From: Chlorokybus atmophyticus
Taxonomy: Eukaryota; Plantae; Mesostigma and Chlorokybus algae
Reading direction: 5' to 3'
Length of the DNA: 64,000 nt
NCBI GenBank assembly: GCA_009103225.1
Contig: RHPI01001037.1
Coordinates: forward strand, 1,546,551 to 1,610,550
Part shown: piece after piece, positions 52,699 to 64,000 of the stretch
How the letters are laid out: each line of letters opens with the position of its first letter
Position numbering within the stretch: position 1 is the first letter of the stretch
The notes under the pieces: model-generated
Seen by the model: only the letters and a program-made list of their open reading frames with translations
What the model was told of the DNA's origin: nothing
Databases searched by the model: none
Made by a program: the position numbers and the translations under genes

Positions 52699-53666
52699 GT
52701 GAGTGCCTCGCAAGCAGCAGAGTCAGCTATTGCCAGCTTGAAAATTTTATCTCCCCACATGACCGGGCCAAAAACGGCCTTCACGGTGGTCGTCAAGTGG
52801 TCATGAAGTCACTTGGGGAGTCATGTCCATCACACAAACACATTCATCACTCTTCCCCACCTGTGTGTGTGTGGCGCTGCCTCGACCACAGCGCCGCCAC
52901 TTGTGCGGCAGCACTGCTTGTGCCAGCAAGCACAGCGTCGCCGCACACAAGGCGTCGCTGTGCGCGTAGGCACAAGCAGTGCGTAATACAGCACAGCTTG
53001 TGCGGAGGCCGCGGAGCGAGCGTATCAGTACGGCAGATTTGAATGTCGACACTGCCAGTGTCACACTGGAGAGCGTTGGGTGTTGTCACCCTGACAACGT
53101 TCACCGCAAGTAACGCACACCCTAATGCCTAACCCGGCAACGTGAGCTAACCCCCTCAGAGTTCACGGGTTCTTCAACGTTAATATGAGCAGGCGGCAAG
53201 CGTTAACACGTTAAAGTCGCATCTGCCTGCCTGCAGCAGAGTGGCGTCACGGTTGATTGTTAATGATGCTCAATACGCGCGCAAGTACGAAAGTACACAA
53301 TGCTCAGGTGGTACATGCGCGGCAGGAGAGCATTCTGGGTGTTGCCATCCGCCGCCGCTGCCGCCGCCGCATGCGGGAGGTAGTTGTGGTGATTGCTCAG
53401 GCGCTGGGGTGCGCTGTTGTTGGCGTTTTCGTGCGGGAGCTGAGTGGCTGATAGCATAGAGTGTGGCGGGTGCTTGTATTGACGGAGAGTGCGAAAGTTG
53501 ACGGAAGAAGAGAGCTAGACGGCTTAGACGGCAAGAGTGGCAAAGAGGTGTTGAGGTTGCCAGTGTAGGCTGGGCGGCGTTGGATTTTAAGGTTGTTTGA
53601 GGTTTAGAAGCTGGGTTCTGGCTTCGTTTGCTCTGGGGTGGCGAAGATAACGCAGGTAGCAGCAGG

Positions 53667-55824
53667 ATGAAGAATCTGCTCGTTGTCACCAGCACCCAGG
53701 GGATTGAGCTGGGGAAGGTGGCGCAGCTCCAGCGGGATTTCGTGGAGGAGTCAGCCGACACAGTTACCGTCGTGACACAATCAAGTTTTTTGCGTAAGTG
53801 TGTGTCTCGTGCTGGGATCTTGGCAGCTTGCTGGATGCACGTGTGCTTGCCTTGGTACTGCTTGTTGCTGTTTCTCCTTTTTATTGCGTGTTCACTTTGC
53901 TGTATTTCGCCTCGGCCGCTGAACCTATCCCGCATGCAATAGAGGGTTTGAGGTAGTTTGCCGTTCAGATCAGAAACTTACTTGAAAACCTCTTGTTGCA
54001 AGTTGTCGTGTATTGCTCGGTGCAAAGTGTAGTGTAGGGTTCGTCCGCCTCTGCTTGAGATCCCAACGGTCCCTTGACTTTGTGCGCTGGCATTGTACCA
54101 GTGTATGTGACCATCTTGCCGGAAAGTTCTCCTTATGTTACCGGTGCTAATTGTGGCAGCTTTCATAGCAAAGCTTGCGTTTGCGTGTGCGCGTAACTAC
54201 ATATCTCTTGGGGTAGTCGTTCTGCACATGATAGCGTTCTCTTGTGCAGCTGGAGGCACACTCTCTGTCGTGCGTGTGCGCGTAAGTATATATCTCTTGG
54301 GGTTTGGTAGTCGTTCTGCACATGATAGCGTTCTCTTGTGCAGCTGGAGGCACACTCTCTGTCGCACCCGCTTCGCAAGATGCCGTGGTGTCGGTTGCGG
54401 ACACCCCCGGGCTACATGCAGAAACCCTACTGCTGGAGTATGCACGCGTCCTAGTCCCGGGCGGCAAGTTGTGGATACAGGAACCTGTAGCGAGGAGAGA
54501 TGCTTCCAATGAGCATATGGTGTGCACAACATCAATGCCATTGCTGGTTGTTGCTATGCTTGCTGTCAAAACCTACAACCTTGTGATGATAGGCCAATGG
54601 AGAAGTGAGTGGGAATATCAGGACAGAGGATAAGCTACGACGCGTCCTTATCTTTGCCGGATTTGCCGCTGGCAAGACTGTCGTGTCGTCGCTTGCTTGC
54701 GGAGTTGCCCCAGTATACGCAAAGACGCACAGGCAGGGAGCAGATGCACCCTCGTCCTCAATGCGGCCTGTGGCGGTGAGTGTGTATACTAGCCACAACC
54801 TGCATTGGCATCGCTGAGTATGTGCTTAACAAGCTGTCTGCACGTGCGAAGCAGCATTGAAAGGCTGTCAAGTACACCCCACATTGGTGAAGCTCACTAG
54901 GTGCTTCTCTGTCGCTGTGTTGTGGCAGATCTCCTCACACAAACCGTCATGGCAACAAGGCACGGTCTTTTCGTTAAAGAGCAAAGCGCCAGCATTCGGT
55001 AAATTGATGTCAGCATCTGTGTCCACAAGGAATGCGGTTGCCAGATGACCTTCAAGAAATGCACACTGCTTGGTAGTATTGCGCAACTCCCTGACCTTGC
55101 GGTGATTGTCGTTATGTAGGAATCCTGAAGAGTGCAAGTGAGCCGGCTGTACGCGTATTTCCTGTGGAGCGAACAGGCAGCAAAGATAAGTGGCGAGCAG
55201 CCGCTTTGCGGATGGACACTATGGAAGATATGGATGAGATGGTTGATGATGATGAGTTGCTGACTGCTGACGATATCAAGCCCATGAAGCTTCAGCGCAA
55301 AGGTCAGCCTGTGTTCGCACTTAGCACCCCATGCATCTTGTGCTTTGCAGTCTGGTTGTCACAAAACAATACCCGTTGTTTGTGTGCTGACCATTGCAGT
55401 GGCTGCAGATACTGGGTGTGCTAGTGTTCCAACAAGGAAAGCCTGCAAGAACTGCACGTGCGGAAAGGCAGAAGGGAAGGTGATGCTTTCTATAGGTGAA
55501 GAGCAACCAGAGGTTGCAGCACCTGCTGCAAAACCATCGGCCTGTGGCAATGTAAGTGAGCTATGCCACTGCCTTATAGCCAGCTGTGTGGTTGCGCCCT
55601 TTACGGCGATCACTGATGTGCATGGTGGACGCAGTGCAATTTGGGAGACGCGTTCAGGTGTGCAAGTTGCCCATATCTGGGCATGCCTGCATTTAAAGCT
55701 GGAGAGAAGGTACGCTCTTTTCCAACAGCAGTCCATAATTGACTTGAAAGATGCTGTGGCAGTGCTAATTGCTGGTTTTTCCCAGGTATTGTTAGGTGGC
55801 AACATGCTTAAAGCTGATGCGTAG
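53667..55824 (+). CDS. DRE2: Anamorsin / Fe-S cluster assembly protein DRE2 (CIAPIN1), multi-exon
   Basis: N-terminal methyltransferase-like domain ([16 protein letters not shown]); [14 protein letters not shown]; KACKNCTCG; SACGNC|[25 protein letters not shown] (CX2CXC and CX2CX7CX2C motifs). Confidence 0.95.
54182..54364 (+). repeat. Tandem duplication of about 90 bp spanning a DRE2 intron 3' end and acceptor
   Basis: Units 54182-54270 and 54271-54364 are nearly identical. Confidence 0.9.
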
Positions 55825-56899
55825 TGAAACGACATCTACATAGGATAGTTCAGCCATAGCAGCGCACTTGAGGCATGCTTGGAGTGCATGGTTTGCTGGC
55901 CGCTTAGTGCCCGCAGTGCCGACAGCAGCAAAGGTGTGAACAGTAATTGTGCGACACGGCTTGTCAAGGACCGCAGTTTGGCCAATCTTGTGTTTCACTA
56001 CGTTTCGCTGTGGCTGTGGCTGTGGCTTGTCGGGTGGAGTATTAGTATTCACATCATGTGGGCTGAGTGTGTCCGCAACTTGCCTAGTCTCAATCATTGT
56101 TAGTAGGCAAGGCTACATATCAATTCATATTCATGTAGTGTCGCCTGTTGTACATGCATTGTCGAATTCATTTTGATAACGTGATGAATTAGACTGATGA
56201 TGTGGTGCAACACATGGCAACTTAGATAGTAGCATTAAACTTATGTGAGCATTGCCATTTCTGGCCCATTTGTGATAAACGCCTTTCTTCACTATTTTGG
56301 CTGTGTAGAAAATATGCAATGCTGTGCATGTGTCATTGTGTAAGTTCAACATGTGAGATGTCTGCTTATATTAGATGTTGTCATCACCTCCGCCACATAG
56401 CTATGCTTGCTCGCTTGCTGCTGGTATACTTGCACACACATGCGCCTACACTGCTCTCTCCCAAGGTATACTTGGGAGACACGAGCCTCTTTGCACCATG
56501 TCAACTTTACATGGCACATAGCCCAGCCCCTAGCCCTGGCTGTTACGTAATTGCTAGCCGTGACTTTTGTGTTGGCCTGCTGCTTTGATCTGGTCTACTT
56601 GTTGTTGTTGCATTTTTATACCCTACACATCTTTTGACCTAGTTTTACACCGTTACTGTGAGTTACAATGCTCATCATCATATACACAATGCAATTTGTA
56701 TGACCTTTCATTTGTTGTGTTTTGTGATTAAGCAGCATAACACACTTACCAAATGTGCTAAGCCAGTACAACTGCAAAAATCGCTGATGGATATTGATAA
56801 TATATGTTTCTGCGCTTATGAGATACAAGTTAAACATGTATGTCATGGGCTGTGTGTGTGCTGTTTGGGTTCTGGAATTTGCTTGAGCTTGTGTGAGCT

Positions 56900-58700
56900 T
56901 GTGTGAGCTTGCATCTTTCACAAACATTCTTTGAGCGTGCCTAGCGCAGCTCTTATGTGATATATGTGGGTCACGTGATGACCTTAAGCTTGTTTATGAG
57001 CGAAAAAACCAGTAACGTGCACCAAAACTAAGCATTCACAACCATAGTATACATACACAAGATTAAGTATTCAATGGTTGTTCGCTTGTATCATACAAGC
57101 AAGCGTTTTATTTTCCTACTACTTGTGATTCGTACATGTATATACACAATGTATATAAACCATTTATGTGTAACGCAACATGACATAACTCATTGCGTGC
57201 TATGGGTGAGGCAAACCCTTACTAACATTTTAAAACGAGTCTCTAATTTTTGATCTTTATCTTCATTTGAAACCGTAGGTTAAACAACCCACGAAACATG
57301 ATACAGCATTTCAAGCAGATGATAGACTTGTAAAAGACATGTGTCATATGGTTATGACTAAATAATCATTTTTTGTTTCTTGCAAAATTTGTTTACTTGC
57401 ATATAAACATATACTGACATAGGGTATAGCAATGAAAACCCCCAACATGCACAAAAGACAAGCACAAGGACATAATCAACTCAAAGCGAATACGTACGTA
57501 CATAACACCATTAACAATGTCAATTACAAAACTCATATAACACACGGAACACCTCAACTCAATCTGGAATCAGGCTATGAGGCCCTGGGGCTTAATTTTA
57601 TATTTATTTAAATGGTGATTCGCACACCGGAAACGTGGCGCGACCACACATTCATAAACATTAAACATTTGCGTGTGTGCAAAAATCTGAATATTCACTA
57701 CGCTTGCAAATAGTTACTACGCTTGCTAAGCGTGCTAGTTTGCAAAAGGTTGAAGTCACAATACATTTAAGATTATGTATTGTAATGTTGTAGTCATAAT
57801 TTTGAGTTATAATTTTTAAAGTCGAATATCATGCAACTTGCATTTTGTAAAATTGCGTTATTGCATAAACATGTTTACTATGTAAACTATTAAATAAGTA
57901 TGGATAGACTACTCTCATATAAAACTGCATAGACAATTGCATAGATAATATAAAGGTAGTGTCTTTTATGCATGACTTAACATAAAAATCAAGCGAACTC
58001 AACTTTTATGGGAACAAGATTGCTTGCCTTATAAGAAAGATAAGGTAAACAATATCCACCTTTCATAATTTGCCATGAGATTGGTTGATCTTAACAACGC
58101 TTATTTTTAATGACACTTACATGTGCTATTACGCATATGCATTAAGGGGTAATGAGCGAAATTTTGCCTTAAGGTACTATAGCGCTTATAGCCCGTTCGT
58201 ATCAAGATATAAGCATTGATGTATAATTTTAATTGGAGACAGTTCATAACTTATGAATGGTGTATATATACATAACTTACAAAGTATATATAACATACAT
58301 GACTTGGCCCGACGTACCGTAAACACAATATGCACCGTAATCATTTCGTTCATATATATATTATATCCTCACGGTATACAATCATTGCATACCGTGAAGC
58401 ATAAGAATACATGTTGTTGAATGATTCGACAACATGTGCTCTTATGCTATTGCTATCGCTATGAATAATGAATATTATTACAAGCCATGAATAATGTCTT
58501 ATCTATTAATGTACAGTAAGTACGCGTCACTATACAAGGCACAATACAAACAATCTACGTGTCATGACTATATTTATTGCGCCAGATGTGCCATATGTAG
58601 TGCCTATGTAGTGTGTTTTTTTTCTTTGATTATTGTATTTTGGTTTGTTCTTTTTTAAACACATAGCGTGAACACAAGTACAATTTGCTATTTTTACATT
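56900..58700. other. AT-rich island without ORFs
   Basis: Visibly AT-richer than its flanks; the ORF track has no ORF between 56927 and 58711. Confidence 0.7.
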
Positions 58701-59525
58701 CGCATTTGCAATGCAAACACTCTGTTTTCCTTGCAGGCATAGCTTGAAAAGGCATCCATGGATGCATCAGGCAGTGCTGTTGGTTGCGAGCACAGATGCC
58801 TATTGCAGACGATCGTGCATGGAGCCATGCAATTTCGCTCTATTGTCATGCATCAACGCTTTCGCAGGTTTGGACGTACAGGTAGGTCCTAGCTTCATAG
58901 GAACATGAAACACAACTTAGCCGACTCCCAACTTTGCACTGCTCCCTTCTTTGTTACCGCTCTCCACCCTGCCTGTCCCCTGTCTGAGGATGTCATTCAC
59001 CGCCGCCGCCGCCGCCGGCAGCACCAATCGCATCATCAAAATGCCATGCCTGGCACCAGTCACGCATCACAACGACGAGATAAGCATGTCCTGCCGCTGC
59101 TGGAGACAAGCACTGCATGCATGTGCATGATAAAAGTTAGTGTTCTTTTGCGTAGGGTTAACACGGCGAAATAGGAAAAGTCGTGCATGTCTGAATGTAG
59201 GTGTCACGCATCACAGCTTGACTGAACCGCTGGCAGCAAAGGTATATAAGACAGTGCCACTGGTTAGTGCAGTGCATACTGTTCAGTGCTTATGTCCGAG
59301 AACTGGTTCTACACGGGTGAGGCGCTTGCGTCAGTGCGTATTGTGTACAGCTGTGCATGCTGTCTGTGTGTGCATGCTGGTGGTGGACTCAGCTGTGGCA
59401 ATTCAGCTGCAATGTAGGCACTGCGCAGTGGCCAAGCAGTGCGTTTGTCCAGTGCGACTGTGTTCTGGTTTTGGCTCATGCTTCAATGCTTGTTGACTAT
59501 GTGCTGGCACTGTGCAGCCAGCAAG

Positions 59526-61066
59526 ATGAAGGGCGCGTCTCTCTTGGTGTTGGCAGCGCTCTTGGCAACACTGGCGGCAAACGTTGAGGTGGCGAGTGCG
59601 CATGGCTACATGGCTTATCCTGCCACACGTGGCTGCATGAGCTTCCTCGGCTGGCCGCAGGTGATTGCTCTCTTGCTAGTTGCCTTGCTCGAGTCAGGTT
59701 TGCATGCACTAGTGCCAGCACTTGCTGTAGTTGTGAAGACTGGTCACTAGTCAGCAAGTCACTGTCGCAAGAGTACGTGACACAACCATGCATGACTTGC
59801 CAGAGTTTATGGTTGCAGTTCTGACCATTGGCTGGCCAACAGGTGCCTCCAAACTACTGTTGCTTCTGTAACAACGGTAAGTGCCCAGCTTGAATACGCT
59901 TGGTACAACCGTCACCAAGTGCTTTACAGCCGGCATCAACTCTGCTGTAGGGTTGCTAGTGCGCAGCCTCTCTGTTCAATGCTGCATGCACGATGTGACC
60001 ATGTGTCACCGGGTGCTACAGTGCCACTGACAGCGTGTCCGTGCAGCGGGAGGAGTTGGGGTGGTGGGTGCTGCGGACCAACATGGCTTGTGTGGTGACC
60101 CATACAGTGGGCCACAGGAGCACATGGTAAGTGAGTTTGGCATGTACGCGCACACGTGACAGCTAGAGCACAAAAGGACTATTCCTCCACGCTGCACACG
60201 CTTCACTCAACTTGGCTGACCTATGTTGCCACATGCTTCGCAGAGTCCGGATGGTCAATATGCGCTGGGCATCATCGTAGCAACCTTCAATGCAGGAGAC
60301 GTCGTGGACATCCATATCAAGATCACGTCCCACCACATGGGCGCGTTTGAGTTTTACCTTTGCCCCCTGTCTGATCCCAGCCTCCAGAACGACGCCACTC
60401 AGGTGATTGGTACAGGTGGTTGGCTGGCATATGTTGATGTGGTTGCTGGGATTGCAGTAGTCGTGTGCCACATAACGAGTCACCAAGCATTTCCAAATGC
60501 CAGTAGCTGTGTGCAATACTCTACACAGCACTCCATGTGAAGCAACTGTTGCTTTGCTTCTGTCAGGCTTGCCTCGACCAGCACGTGCTGAACAGAGCTG
60601 ATGGCAAGGGCACTCTGTGGTTTCTGCCAGCCGCACCCCCGGCTTCTCAGGCAACTTACTATATGCAGTACAACCTTCCTGATGGTGTAACCGCACAGCG
60701 CGCTGTGCTGCAGTGGCACTACATTGCTGGCAACAGGTACGATTCTGTTTATGTCCGTCATGCTGCTTGCACTCACAATAAGCTGTTTGAACAGAGCGCT
60801 CAGCACAACTGATGTTGCACGCATAATGTACTTGTCGTCAACAGGGACATTCTGGTCTGCATGTACTCAATCATATATACCAGCACATGTGCAGCATTAA
60901 CGCCGTGGCTGCAACTGAAGACATGCCTTGTGCTTGCAGTTGCAACCAGCAGTCCTGGCTGGCCATGGATACGTCTCCTGGTTCAATCGTGCCCAACCTC
61001 AACATATGCGACAGCAACTACGTTGCCGAGCAGTTCTGGAACTGCGCTGACATTGCCATCCAGTAG
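59526..61066 (+). CDS. Secreted lytic polysaccharide monooxygenase-like protein (LPMO_10 / chitin-binding type-4 fold, AA15/AA10-like), 6 exons
   Basis: Signal peptide MKGASLL...VASA followed by His1 (HGYMAYPATRG); NYCCFCNNAGG..GLCGDPY; ITSHHMGAFEFYLC; LQWHYIAGNSC; EQFWNCADIAIQ*. All exons join in frame with GT-AG introns. Confidence 0.88.
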
Positions 61067-62786
61067 GTGCCGTGTGAGACCGTCCGCCTGGAACTCGTTC
61101 CGGACTTTCCATTGCCTGTACTTCCCATCGCCTGAATTGTGACTAACCTGTCCTCTTCAAGCAATGTCTTGCTGTTCTTTTTTATAGCAATAGACTGAAA
61201 CACTTGTAGCTGTGGCTGGCAGTGTGCTCAACTCTTTGCTAGGTGCCCCGTTCTGTGTAGTAAACTGTGGTCGTTATGCGTTCCTCCCTTGCAATACTTT
61301 TGCTCGTGTCAACCCACTGGCTGCACAAGTTATCATATCATGTCATCATAGTTGCTTGCACTGAAGTACTGGAGCGCCAGTGCCTCAGTGTAGAGCAACA
61401 TCACCTTCACATACACCTCTAGACCTAATCTCAAAGGTTCATTGAAAGCATTCACTGTGCCGCAATGTCATTGTATACTTGCAATCTGGGATTTTAGGCA
61501 TTTGAGAAAGCCTAGGTCAAAACAAGTCTGCTGTGCTGTATTGCGGTGTGTACAGCACTCAATGTACTGCGCGGGAGACACAAGCACCAAGCTTGGTGCC
61601 ATCATAGCGGCAGTACAGCGCCTTGACACAGTGTGACCCTTCCTACCTCGGCTACCAGACCATGCTTGCTTGCTAGCTTGTGTGTGCCTGTGACTGCTGG
61701 CTGCTGTGAGCACGGACTGCATGCTTGCATTCTTGCAGATATGACTCATACCCTATGCTTGGTGTCGTTGCTGTTGTGCTGGCAGTGCTTAAAGGCCAAC
61801 CCTATGGTGCTTGCGGTGGCTCACATGGCTCTGCTGCTTTCACCTGCTAAGGTTTCAGTTGCTTTGTGCTCGGCAATAATCCATCATGACTGCACTGTGC
61901 ACACAGCAACAGGTATGCAGCGATGCCACATGCATCTAGCACAGGTTACAGCAATAGTTGTGGCTGTTTGTGGCTGTAGGAAAAACTTGCTCCTCACCGC
62001 TTGAATGGGTGAGGGTCAACACAGGCGTGTTGTGTACAGGATATGCGCGAAAAAAATTGGCGACATGCATGACGTCAAACAGCATAGCATACCAACCAGC
62101 ATGCAAACAGAGTCACATACACCACCACCGGGCTATATTTACTGCCTGCCTGTTTACCTACCACACTACCCTACGTTAGACCTCCCCGTTAGGCATGCAT
62201 ACATGCGTTTTGTTGGTTAATTACCTGTGCAACACACGAGCAGCAGCGTCAACCACGTTAGTCCAGGAACAGCGTAACAGCAGAAGGCACCATGCAGCAC
62301 ACACCCTCTCCCGCCCTCTCTCCCCCTCTCCCTCAGTCTCCTTCTCTCCCTCTCCGTCTGTCCCTCCCCCTCCTCCTTCCCCACTTCTTCTTCCCCCGCT
62401 CTGCCTGCTCTCTGTCCTCCGCCTCCCCCTCCTCCTGCTGTCACTGTGTAGGCTCGACTTAAACCCAGATGCGTAAACTGTGTGAGGCGCACACATCACC
62501 TCCTACAGCAGTGCTCATCTCTGGTTGCCACATGCAGTGTGCTGGTGTAGATTGTATGTTATGCGCATTACATGGTCGATTATCTCAAATGAACTCCCTG
62601 AAGTACCAGAACATCTAGCAGGACCAATAAGTCATGCCAAGTACGCATTGCACCTCTACATCGCAAGAGCACCGTCCGAGTTAGACAATATTGTAAGGCT
62701 CGCTAGTGTGCAACATCACACGTTGGAATGCTGTGACCTTCAGCTGCAGGACCAAGTCTGATGCGTGCGGTGTCAACTGATGTGGT

Positions 62787-64000
62787 CTATATCCTTGCAC
62801 GCATCGCCACCCACAACTCCTGCAAGTCCACATTCCCTCCACACAGTATGACACCAACCTTCCTCACCTGACAAGCAGCACATGATGTCAGGGTCAACAT
62901 GATGCAATCGAGCCGATCGTGATGAAGTGACAGCTTTCCCACAACATTCTCTTACATGTTGCCGCAGCCGGAACTCCTTGAACTCATCAGACAACACAAC
63001 CGCTAGTCCCGCTGCACCGCTGGGCTCAACAACCACCTTCAGCCTTTCGTATATTAAACTCATGGCACTCACAACTTGATCATCGGTCACAGTCATGACC
63101 GCATCCACAACGTCCCTCACAACAGGCCTGTCATAACAACAACGCCATGAGCACATTTACATCAACATCAACCATAATAGATATACCCACCACTCCCCTA
63201 CCAGGTGAGGTCGCCCAGGTTGCCGCGTAACCCGTCGCAGATGGTTTTCGGGTTTGCCATGGATACCAGCTCCCCGGCCCGTTTGGATCGCGCCGCGTCG
63301 TCTGCTCCATACGGCTCGGCTGCTACCACCTGAGCAGCCCCTGTAAAGAACGGCTTGCCAACTCCACACACACTTGCACATGCAATGTTGTTGGTTGTCA
63401 CATCTTGGCTCAGGGCAGATCAGCTGTTGAATAGGACACTAGGCAAAGATGCAGTAGCAACAGGTCTGACCTTAATCCTTGGGTTCAGTCCCTTGGCAGC
63501 CAACGCTATACCGCTGATCATGCCGCCACCTGCCCAAAGATGGAAGCATCTAGGCAAAAACCTTGCATACGCGCATGCACACATGCGTGTACACAGGTAT
63601 ACAGATACATGCAACCGTCGTAATGACACAAGCATGCACGTGTAGGTAGAAACATACGTGCTGCAAGTCAACACGGTTCATAGTACCTGCACGCACATGC
63701 GCATGTGCGTGCAGGTACTTGCACAACTGTTGACCACAACAACCATAACTGACAACCCTATACAACACCATGACTTGCCACCCTCCCTCACCGCTGATGG
63801 GCACCACGACCGCGTCCATATCCCCGACCTGCTCCCTCATCTCCGTCGCGATGGTCCCCTGTCCCGCGATGACGTCGCGGTGGTTGTACGGCGGCACCAG
63901 CGCGGCGCCGCGGTCGCGACGGATCAAATCCGCCGACGTCTCGCGCGCACGCAGAGTCGGGGCGCAGTGGACAAGCTGAGCACCGTAGCCCAATATCGCA
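62787..64000 (-). CDS. SR: Serine racemase / threonine dehydratase-like PLP enzyme (fold type II), 3' part; 5' end lies outside the window
   Basis: YGAQLVHC; LVPPYNHRDVIAGQGTIATE; DAVVVPISG|GGGMISGIALAAK; AAEPYGADDAARSKRAG; TICDGLRGNLGDLTW|PVVRDVVD; ERLKVVVEPSGAAGLA; VGVILCGGNVDL; stop at 62787. Confidence 0.9.

Noticed and set aside
53120-53160. ACCCTAA/CTAACCC words as a telomerase RNA template or telomeric remnant
   Set aside because: Too short and interrupted; no 1.5-repeat template and no array.

Overview
Eukaryotic nuclear DNA, intron-rich (mostly short GT-AG introns, some GC-AG), standard genetic code, with three N-gaps at poly-G/C tracts. The genes look plant-like (VSR, BOR1-type, EREX/EREL-type PX protein, LENG1-like, FRIENDLY/CLU), and an EFCAB11-like gene is also present. 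This suggests a green alga, probably an early-diverging streptophyte (inference only). Gene order: vacuolar sorting receptor (-), borate transporter (+), glutamate carboxypeptidase II/AMP1-like (-), EFCAB11-like (+), EREX/EREL-like (-), LENG1-like with two apparent frameshifts (+). Next comes an accessory block (about 24-39 kb) with three paralogous four-exon mTERF-like genes carrying mitochondrial-type presequences; two of them lie in an inverted duplication of about 3.3 kb that also carries a second, unrecognised ORF. Then NAA25 (-), CLU (-), DRE2/anamorsin (+), an ORF-free AT-rich island, a secreted histidine-brace LPMO (AA10/AA15-like, +) and the 3' part of a serine racemase (-). The best candidates for new biology are the mTERF-like expansion with its co-duplicated ORF and the algal LPMO. 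Exon models were built by eye, so boundaries are approximate where stated.
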